A stretch of 64,000 nucleotides of DNA, taken from the NCBI RefSeq assembly GCF_009914755.1, contig NC_060948.1. The stretch is one strand, 5' to 3'. Positions within the stretch are counted from its first letter, which is position 1. The number at the start of each line of letters is the position of its first letter. A program made the position numbers and the translations under genes. This DNA comes from the human T2T-CHM13v2.0 reference genome, Homo sapiens. Positions 15,558 through 28,600 of this stretch are shown here, piece after piece. The notes under the pieces were generated by a model that made no database searches, was not told the DNA's origin, and saw only the letters and a list, made by a program, of their open reading frames with translations.

Positions 15558-16947
15558 TAATTTTATTTTATTATTATTATTCTTTAAGTTTTAGGGTACA
15601 CGTGCACAATGTGGTTTGGTTACATATGTATACATGTGCCATGCATGTGTGCTGCATCCATTAACTCGTCATTTAGCATTAGGTATATCTCCTAAAGCTT
15701 ATCCCTCCCCTCTCCAACCACCCCACAACAGTCCCCAGAGTGTGATGTTCCCCTTCCTGTGTCCATGTGTTCTTATTGTTCAATACCCACCAATGAGTGA
15801 GAATATGTGGTGTTTGGTTTACTGTTCTTGTGATTGTTTACTGAGAATGGTGATTTCCAATTTCATCCATGTCCCTACAAAGTACATGAACTCATCCTTT
15901 TTGATGGCTGCATAGTATTCCATCGTGTATATGTGTCACATTTTCTTACTCCAGTCTATCATTGTTGGACATTTGGGTTGGTTCCAGGTCTTTGCTATTG
16001 TGAATAATGCCACAAAAAACATATGTGTGCATGTTTCTTTATAGCAGCATGATTTATAGTCCTTTGGGTATATACCCAGTAATGGGATGGCTGGGTCAAA
16101 TGGTATTTCTAGTTCTAGATCCCAGAGGAATCACCACACTGACTTCCACAATGGTTGAACAAGTTTACAGTCCCACCAACAGTGTAAAAGTGCTCCTATT
16201 TCTCCACCTCCTCTCCAGCACCTGTTGCTTCCTGACATTTTAATGATTGTCATACTAACTGGTGTGAGATAGTATCTCCTTGTGGTTTTGATTTGCATTT
16301 CTCTGATGGCCAGAGATGGTGAGCATTTTTTCATGTGTTTTTTGGCTGCATAAATGTCTTCTTTTGAGAAGTGTCTGTTCATGCCCTTTGCGGTCTTTTT
16401 CATGGGGTTGTTTTATTTTTCTTGTAAATTTGTTTGAGTTCATTGTAGATTCTGGATATTAGCCCTTTGTCAGATGAGTAGGTTGTGAAAATTTTCTCCC
16501 ATTCTGTAGGTTGCCTCTTCATTCTGATGGTAGTTTCTTTTGCTGTGCAGAAGCTCTTTAGCTTAAAGAGATCCCACTTGTCAGTTTTGGCGTTTGTTGC
16601 CATTGCTTTTGGTGTTTTAGACATGAAGTCCTTGCCCATACCCATGTCCTGAATGGTAAGGCCTAGGTTTTCTTCTAGGCTTTTTATGGTTTTATGTCTG
16701 ACGTTTAAGTCTTTAATCCTCTTGAATTAATTTTTGTATAAGGTGTAAGGAAGGGATCCAGTTTCAGCTTTCTACATATGGCTAGCCAGTTTTCCCAGCA
16801 ACATTTCTTAAATAGGGAATCCTTCCCCGTTGCTTGTTTTTCTCAGGTTTGTCAAAGATCAGATAGCTGTAGATATGCGGCATTATTTCTGAGGGCCCTG
16901 TTCTGTTCCATTCATCAATACCTCTGTTTTGGTACTAGTGCCATGCT
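15558..16947 (-). mobile_element. 5'-truncated LINE-1 (about 1.39 kb, L1PA3/L1PA4-like)
   Basis: T-rich tail from 15558, reverse-complement 3'UTR, and broken ORF2p C-terminal frames (16131-16403, 16400-16645). Flanked by CTGTGTAGTTTTT at 15545-15557 and 16949-16961 (candidate target-site duplication). 3'UTR reads CTAAATGAC-GAG-TTAATGG on the minus strand. Confidence 0.95.
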
Positions 16948-17644
16948 TCTGTGTAGTTTTTCTGTGAGGATATTACCTTTTCCACCTTAGGCCACAAACG
17001 GCTCTAAATATCAACTTGGAAGATGCTACAAAGAGAGAGTTTCAAAACTGCTCTATCAAAAGATAGGTTCAACTCTGAGAGTTTAATGCAAACATCACAA
17101 AGAAGTTCCTCAGAATGCTTCTGTGAAGTTTTTATGTGAAGATATTTCCTTTCCCAACATAGGCTTCAATGTGCTCCAAATATCCACTCGCAGATTCTAC
17201 AAAAAGAGTGTTTCCAAACTGCTCAATCAAAAGAAAGGTTCAACTCTGTGACATCAATGCACAAATCACAATGAAGTTTCTCACAATGCTTCTGTGTAGT
17301 TTTTATCTAAAGATATTTCCTTTTCCACGATAGGCCGCAAAGTACTCCAAATATCCACTTGCAAATTCTACAAAAAGAGTGTTTCATAATTGCTCAATCA
17401 AATGAAAGGTTAAATTCTGTGAGATGAATGCACACATCATAAAGAGGTTTCTCAGAATGCTTTTGTATTGTTTTCATGTGAAGATGTTTCCTTTTCTACC
17501 ATAGGCCGCAAAGGGCTCCAAATATCCACTTACAGATTCTACAAAAAGAGAGTTTCAAAACTGCTCTATCAAAAGGTAGGTTCAACACTGTGAGTTGAAT
17601 ACACACATCACAAAGTACTTTCTCAGAATGCTTCTGTGTAGTTT
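16948..17644 (-). repeat. Four alpha-satellite monomers between the two L1s
   Basis: CTGTGTAG at 16949 and at 17634 are 685 bp apart, i.e. four monomers. Confidence 0.93.
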
Positions 17645-17867
17645 CTTCTTTTATTTATTATTATTATGCTTTATGCTTTAGCATACATGTGCACAATGAG
17701 CACGTTAGTTACATATGTATACATGTGCCATGCTGGTGTGCTGCACCCACTAACTCGTCATCTAGCAATAGGTATATCTCCCAGTGCTATTCCTCCCCCC
17801 TCCCCCCACCCCACAACAGTCTCCAGAGTGTGGTGTTCCCCTTCCTGTGTCCGTGTGTTCTCATTGT

Positions 17868-20718
<2,851 letters not shown>

Positions 20719-21560
20719 AACATCTCTCAGCTTTTGATTGTGTGTAAACTATTTTATTTCTCCTTCACTTATGAAGCTTAGTTTGGCTGGATATGAAATT
20801 CTGGGTTGAAAATTCTTTTCTTTAAGAATGTTGAATATTGGCCCTCACTCTCTTCTGGCTTTTACAGTTTCTGCTGAGAGATCCACTGTTAGTCTGATGG
20901 GCTTCCCTTTGAGGGTAACCCGACCTTTCTCTCTGGCTGCCCTTAACATTTTTTCCTTCATTTCAACTTTGGTGAATCTGACAATTATGTGTCTTGGAGT
21001 TACTCTTCTCGAGGAGTATCTTTGTGGTGTTCTCTGTATTTCCTGTATCTGAATGTTGGCCTGCCTTGTTGGATTGGGGAAGTTCTCCTGGTTAATATTC
21101 TGCAGAGTGTTTTCCAACTTGGTTCCATTCTCCCCGTCACTTTCAGGTACACCAATCAGATGTAGATTTGGTCTTTTCACATAGTCCTATATTTCTTGGA
21201 GGCTTTGCTCATTTCTTTTTATTCTTTTTTCTCTAAACTTCCCTTCTCACTTCATTTCATTCATTTCATCTTCCATCACTGATACCCTTTCTTCCAGTTG
21301 ATCACATCAGTTCCTGAGGCTTTCTAGTTATACATTCTTCTAATTTTTTTTTTCAAAGTTTTAAATTATTTGTCTTCGGTTTGAAAGTCCTCCCATAGCT
21401 CGGAGTAATTTGATCATCTGAAGCCTTCTTCTCTCAGCTTGTCAAAGTCATTCTCCATCCAGCTTTGTTCAATTGCTGGTGAGGAACTGTGATCCTTTGG
21501 AGGAGGAGAGGCACTCTGCTTTTTAGAGTTTCCAGTTTTTCTGCTCTGTTTTTTCCCCAT
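20719..21560 (-). pseudogene. L1 ORF1p remnant
   Basis: Start ATGGGGAAAAAACAG at 21560 on the minus strand. Fragment 20845-21180 (KRPNLHLIGVPESDGENGTKLEN...KGKPIRLT) is the ORF1p RRM region. The C-terminus is lost at the 20718/20719 junction. Confidence 0.92.
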
Positions 21561-22597
21561 CTTTTTGGTTTTATCTACTTTTGGTCTGTGATGATGGTGA
21601 TGTACAGATGGGTTTTTGGTGTGGATGTCCTTTCTGTTTGTTAGTTTTCCTTCTAACAGTCAGGACCCTCAGCTGCAGGTCTGTTGGAGTTTGCTAGAGG
21701 TCCACTCCATACCCAGTTGGCCTGGGTATCAGCAGCAGTGGCTGGAGAATAGTGGATATTCATGAACCGCGAATGCTGTTGTCTGATCGTTCCTCTGGAA
21801 GTTTTGTCTCAGAGGAGTACTCAGCCGTGTGAGGTGTCAGTGTGCCCCTAACTGAGGGGTGCCTCCCAGTTAGGCTGCTTGTGGGTCAGGGGTCAGGGGC
21901 CCACTTGAGGAGGCAGTCTGCCTGTTCTCAGATGTCCAGCTGCATGCTGGGAGAACCATTGATCTCTTCAAAGCTGTCAGACAGGTACATTTAAGTCTGC
22001 AGAGGTTACTGCTGTCTTTCTGTTTGTCTGTGCCCTGCCCCGAGAGGTGTAGCCTACAGAGGCAGGCAGGCCTCCTTGAGCTGTGGTGGGCTCCACCCAG
22101 TTCGAATTTAGCAGCTGCTTTGTTTACCTAAACAAGCCTGGGCAATGTTGGTCTCCCCTCCACCAGCCTCGCTGCTGCCTCGCATTTTTATCTCAGACTG
22201 CTGTGCTAGCAATCAGCGAGACTCCATGGTCATAGGATGCTCTGAGCCATGTGTGGGATATAATCTCCTGGTGCACCGTCTTTTAAGCCCACCGGAAAAG
22301 TGCAGTATTCGGGCGGGAGTGACCCCATTTTCCAGGTGCCGTCTGTCACCCCTTTCTTTGACTAGAAAAGGGAACTCCCTGAACCCTTGCACTTCCCAAG
22401 TGAGGCAATGCCTTGCCCTGCTTCGGCTCGTGCATGGTTCATGCACCCACTGACCTGCACCCACTGTCTGGCACTCCCTGGTCAGAGGAACCCGGTACTG
22501 CAGATGGAAATGCAGAAATCACCCATCTTCTGTGATGCTCATGCTGGGAGCTGTAGACTGGAGCTGTTCCTACTTGGCCATCTTGGCTCTGCCCCCC
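21561..22597 (-). promoter_or_regulatory. L1 5'UTR internal promoter region (CpG-eroded) with intact YY1 motif
   Basis: GC-richer stretch of about 1 kb matching the L1 5'UTR. YY1 core CAAGATGGCC at 22576-22585 (minus strand). Many CpGs are converted to TG/CA. Activity is not shown by the sequence. Confidence 0.8.
22145..22453 (+). CDS. L1 antisense ORF0 homologue, open for 102 codons; expression unknown
   Basis: MLVSPPPASLLPRIFISDCCASNQRDS... resembles primate L1 ORF0 (MAGAPPPASLPPCSLISDCCASNQRDS..., recalled). It lies antisense within the 5'UTR at the expected position. Confidence 0.55.
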   Translation: MLVSPPPASLLPRIFISDCCASNQRDSMVIGCSEPCVGYNLLVHRLLSPPEKCSIRAGVTPFSRCRLSPLSLTRKGNSLNPCTSQVRQCLALLRLVHGSCTH

Positions 22598-25500
22598 TAC
22601 TTCTGTGCAGTTTTTAGGTGAAGATATTTATTTTTCCACCAGAGGCCTAAAAGCACTCCCAATATCCATTTTCATATTCTACAAAATGATTGTTTCAAAA
22701 CTGCTAAATCAAAATAAATTTCAACTCTGTGAGATGAACGCACACATCACAAGGAATTTCTCACAAAGCTTATGTGTAGTTTTTACATGGAGATACTTCC
22801 TTTTTCATAACAGTCCTCAAAGCACTCTGAATATCCACCTGCAGGTTCTAAAAGTAGAGGATTTCAAAGCTGCTCAATCAAAAGAGAGGTTCAGCTCTGT
22901 GAGAAGAATGCACACCTCACAAATAAGTTTCTCAGAGTGCTTCTGTATAGTTTTTATGTGAAAATATTTCCTATTCCACAATAGGTCTCAAAGAGCTTCA
23001 ATTATCCACTTGCAGATACCATAAAACGAGTGTTCCAAAACTGCTCAATCAAAAGAAATGTTCAATTCTGTGAGATGAATGCACACATCACAAAGAAGTT
23101 TCTCAGAATGCTTCTGTGTAGTTCTTATGTGAAGATATTTTCTTTTCAAAATAGTCTGCAAAATGCTCCAAATATCCACTTGCAGATTCTACAAAAAGAG
23201 AGACTCAAAACTGGTCAATCAAAAGATAGGTTCAACTCTGTGACATGAAGGCACACAAAGAAGTTTCTCAGAATCATTCTGTGTAGTTTTTAAGTGAAGA
23301 TATTTCCTGTTCCACAGTAAGCCTCAAATCGCTCCAAATATCCACTTGCAGATCCTACAAAAAGAGTGTTTCAAAAAAGCTCAATCAAATGAAAGGCTCA
23401 ACTCTGTCAGATTAACGCACACATCATAAAGGAATTTCTCAGAATGCTTCTGTGTAGTTTTTATGTGAAGATATTTCCATTTCCACATTTGGCGGCAAAG
23501 GGCTCCAAATATCCACTGACGGATTCTACAAAAAGAGAGTTTCAAAATTACTCTATCAAAAGATAGGTTCAGCTATGTGATTTGAATGCACACAGCACAA
23601 AGAAATTTCTCAGAATGCTTCTGGGTAATTTTTATGTGAAGATATTTCCATTTCCACCATAGGCAGCAAAGGGCTCCAGATATCCACTTGCAGATTCTAC
23701 AAAAAGACAGTTTCAAAACTACTCTATCAAAAGATAGGTTCAACTCTGTGATATGAAGGCACACAGCACAAAGAAGTTTCTCAGAATGCTTCTGTGTAGT
23801 TTTTATGTGAAGATATTTCCTTTTCCACCACAGGCCTCAAAGCGCTCCAAATATCCACTTGCAGATTCTACAAAAAGAGTGCTTCCAAACTGCTCAATCA
23901 AAAGAAATGTTCAACTCTGTGAGAGGAATGCACACATCACCAAGTAGTTTCTCAGAATGCTTCTGTCTAGTTTTTATGTGAAGATACTTCCTTTTCCACA
24001 ATAGGCCTCAAAGGGCTTCAAATATATACTTGCAGATTCTATAAGCAGAGTGTTTCAAAACTCCTGAATTAAAAGAAAGGTTCAACCCTGTGAGATGAAT
24101 GCACACATCACAAAGGAGTTTCTCAGAATACTTCTGTGTAGTTTTTATGTGAAGATATTCCCTTTTCCACCATATGCCACAAAGGGTTCCAACTATCCCA
24201 TTGCAAATTCTAAAAAAAGAAAGACTCAAAACTGCTCAATCAAAAGATAGGTTGAACACGGTGAGTTGAATGCACATATCACAAAGAAATTTGTCAGAAT
24301 GCATTTGTGTAGTATTTATGTGAAAACAATTCCTTTTCCACCATAGGCCTCAAAATGCTTCAAATACCCACCAGCAGATCCTATAAAAAGTTTGTCTCAA
24401 AACTGCTCAATCAAAAGAAAGTTTCAAAACTTTGAGGTGAATGCACACATCACAAAGAAGTTTCTGAGAATGCTTCTGTGTAGTATTTATGGGAAGATAT
24501 TTCCTTTTCCACAGTAGCCCTAAATGTGCTCCGAATATCCAATTGCAGATTCTACTAAAATATTGTTTCAAAACTAATCAATCAAAAGAAAGGTTCAACT
24601 CTGTGAGATTAATGCACACATCACAAAGAAGTTTGTCAGAGTGTTTCTGTGTAGTTTTCCTGTGAAGATATTTCCTTTTCTGCCATACACCTCAAAGCAC
24701 TCCAAATATCCACTTGCAGATTCTACAAAAAGAGACTTTGAAAACTGCTCAATCAAAAGAAACGTTCAACACTGTGAGATGAATGCACACACCACAAAGC
24801 AGTTTCTCAGAATGCTTCTGTGTAGTTTTTATGTGAAGATATTTCCTTTTCCTCAGTAAGCCTCAAAGCGCTCCAAATATCCACTAGTAGATTATACAAA
24901 AATAGTATTTCCAAATGGCTCAATCAAAAGAGAAGATCAATTTTGTGAGATTAATGCACACATCACAAAGAAGTTTCTCAGGATACTTCTGTGTAGATTT
25001 TTTGTGAAGGTATTTCCTTTTCCATCATAGGCCTAAAAGCGGTCCAAAACAGCCACGTGCAGATTCTAAAAAAGAGTGTTTCAAAACTACTCAATGAAAT
25101 GAAAGGCTCAAATAGATTAGCTGAACGCACACATCACAAAGAAGTATATCAGAAGGCTTCTGTGTAGTTTTTATGTGAAGATATTTCCTTTTCCACCACA
25201 GGCCACAATGGGCTACAAATATCCACTTACAGATTCTACAAAAAGAGAGTTTCAAAACTGCTCTATCAATAGATAGGTTCAACTCTGTGAGTTGAATGCA
25301 CATATCACAAAGTAGTTTCTCAGAATGTTTCTGTGTAGTTTTCCTGTGAAGATATTTCCTTTTCCGCCATACATCTCAAAGCACTCCAAATATCCACTTG
25401 CAGATTCTACAAAAAGAGACTTTGAAAACTGCTCAATCAAAAGAAATGTTCAACACTGTGAGATGAATGCACACAACACAAAGCAGTTTCTCAGAATGCT

Positions 25501-25655
25501 TCTGTGTAGTTTTTATGTGATGACATTTCCTTTTCCACCAAAGGCCTCAAAGCGCTCCAAATATCCACGTGCAGATTCAACAAAAATAGTTTTTCCAATC
25601 TGCTCAACCATTAGAACGGTTCAACTTTGTGAGATGAATGCACACATCACAAAGA
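22598..25655 (-). repeat. Diverged alpha satellite directly flanking the HOR array (about 18 monomers)
   Basis: 171-bp units of CTGTGTAG type with local 1-mer and 4-mer duplications. No exact match seen to the 5785-bp unit. Confidence 0.9.
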
Positions 25656-28600
25656 AGTTTCTCAGAATGCTTCTGTGTAGTTTTTATGTGAAGATATTTC
25701 CTTTTCCACAACAGCGTGCAAAACGCTTCAAATATGCCCTTAGAGATTCCACAAAAAGAGTGTTTCCAAACTACTCAAATCAAAAAATGATTTCAACTCT
25801 GTGAGATGAATGCACACATCACAAACTAGTTTCTCAGAATGTTTCTGCCTGGTTCTCATGCGAAGATAGTTCCTTTTTCACCATAGGCCGCAATGTACTC
25901 CAAATATCCACCTGCAGATTCTACAAAAGTGAGTTTCAAAACTGCTCTATCAAAAGATCAGTTCGTCTCTGTGAGTTGAATGCATACATCAAAAAGAAGC
26001 TTCTCAAAATGCTTCTGTGTGGTTTTTCGGTGAAGATAGTTCTTTTTCTACCATAGGTCTCAAACCACTCCAAATATCCACTTGTAGATTCTATAAAAAG
26101 GAATGTTCAAAATTGCTCAATAAAAATAAAGTTTCAACACCGTGAGATGAGTGCACAAATCACAAAGGAGTTTCTCAAAATGCTTCTGGGTAGTTTTTCT
26201 GTGAAGATAGTTCCTTTTCTACCATGGGCCACAAAGGGCTCCAAATACCCACTTGCAGATTCTACAAAAAGAGAGTTTCACAACTGCTCTATCAAACAAT
26301 ATGTTCAACTTTGTGGGTTGAACACAAATATCACAAGAATTTTCTCCCAATGCTTCTGTGTAGTTTTTATGTGAAGACATTTCTTTTCCCTCCATAGTCC
26401 ACAAAGTGCTCCAAATATCCACTTACATATTCTAGAAAAAGATTGCTTGGAAACTGCACAATGAAAAGAAAGGTTCAAATATATGAGATGAATGCACACA
26501 TCACAAAGAAGTTTCTCAGAATCTCTCTGTGTAATTTTTATGTGAAGATATTTCCTTTCCCACCTTAGGTCTTAAAACGCTCCAAATATCCACTTGCAGA
26601 TACTACAAGAAGATTGTTTCAAAACTGCACAAAAAAAGAAATGTTCAATTCTGTTTGATGAATGCACACATCACAAAGAAGTTTCTCAGAATGCTTCTCT
26701 GTAGTTTTTATGTGAAGATATTTCCTTTTCCACAATAGGCCTCAAAGGGCTCCAAATATCCACTTCCAGATTCTATGAAAAGAATATTTCCAAACTGCTC
26801 AATCATAGGAAATGTTCAACTCTGTGAGATGAATGCACACATCACAAGAAATTTCTCAGAATCCTTCAGTGTAGGTTTTATGAGAAGATAATTCCTTTTC
26901 CACAATAGTTCTCAAAGCACTCAAAATATCCACTTGCAGATTCTACAAAAGGAGTATTTCAAAACTGCTCAATCAAAAGAAAGGTTCAACTCTGTGAGAT
27001 GAATGGACACATCACAAAGAAGTTTCTCAGAATGCTTCTGTGTAGTATTTTTGTGAAGATATTTCTTTTCCACCATAGACCGCCAGGGGACACAAATATC
27101 CACTTTCAGATTCTACAACAAGAGAGGTTCAAAACTACTCGATCAAGAGATGGTTTCAACTATGTGAGTTGAATGCACACATCACAAAGAACTATGTCGG
27201 AATTCTTCTGTGTAGTTTTTATGTGAAGATATTTCCTTTTCCACAATAGACGTCAAAGTGATCCAGATATCCACTTGCAGATTCCACAAAAAGAGTGTTT
27301 CAAAAGTGCACAACCAAAAGAAAGGTTCAACTAGGTGAGATGAATGCACACATCAGAAGGAAGTTTCTCAGAATGCTTCTGCATAGCTTTTAAGGGAAGA
27401 TACTTCCTTTTCCAACATAGGCCTCAAAGCACTCCAAATATCCTCCTGGAGATACCACAAAAAGAGTGTTTGCAAACTGCTCAATCAAAAGAAAGATTTA
27501 ACTCTGTGAGATGAATCCACACATGACAAAGAAGTTTCTCAGAATGCTTCTGTGTAGTTTTTATGTGAAGATATTTCCTTTTCCACAATAAGACCCAAAA
27601 GGCTCCAAATATTCACTTGCAGATTCTAAAAAAAACAGTGTTTCAAAACTGCTCAATCAAAAGATAGTTCAACTCTGTGAGAAGAATGCTCACATCACTG
27701 AGAAGTTTCTCAGAATGCTTCTGTGTAGTTTTTATATGAAGATATTTCCTTTCCCACCGTAGGCCACAAAAGGCTCCAAATATCCACTTGCAGATACTAT
27801 GAAAAGAGAGTTTCAAAACTGCTCATTCAAAAGATAGGTTCAACTCTGTGGTTTGAATGCACACAGCACAAAGAAGTTTCACAGAATGTGTCTGTGTAGT
27901 TTTTATGTGCGGATGTTTCCTTTTCCACCATATGCCTAAATATTTCCCAATTTCCACTTGCAGATTCTACAAGAAGAGTGTTTCAAAACTGCTGTATCAA
28001 ATAAAGTTGAACTCTGTGAGGTGAATGCACACAGCACAAAATGGTTTCTCAGAATGCTTCCTTGTTGTTTTTATATGAAGATGTTTCCTTTTCAACAATA
28101 GGCCTCAAAGTGCTTCAAATGTCCACTTGCAGATTCTACAAAAAGAGTGTTTCAAAACTGCTCAATCAAAAGAAAGGTTCGACTCTGGGAAATTAATGCA
28201 CACATCACAAAGAAGTTTCTCAGCTTCTGTGTAGTTTTCATGTGAAGTTATTTCCTTTTCCACAATAGGCCGCAAAGGGCTCCAAATATCAACTTACAGA
28301 TTCTAGGAAAAGAGAGTTTCAAAACTGCTCTACGAAAAGATAGGTTGAACTCTGTGAGATGAATGCACACATCACAAAGAAGTTTCTCAGAATGCATCTG
28401 TGTAGTTTTTACGGGAAGATATTTCCTTTTCCACCATCTTCCACAAAGGTCTCCAAGTAACCACTTGCAGATTCTACAGAAAGACACTTTAAAAACTGCT
28501 CTATCAAAAGATCAGTTCAAGTCTGTGGTTTGAATGCACACATCACAAAGAATTTTCTCAGAATGCTTCTGTGTAGTTTTCATATGAAGATATTTTCTTT

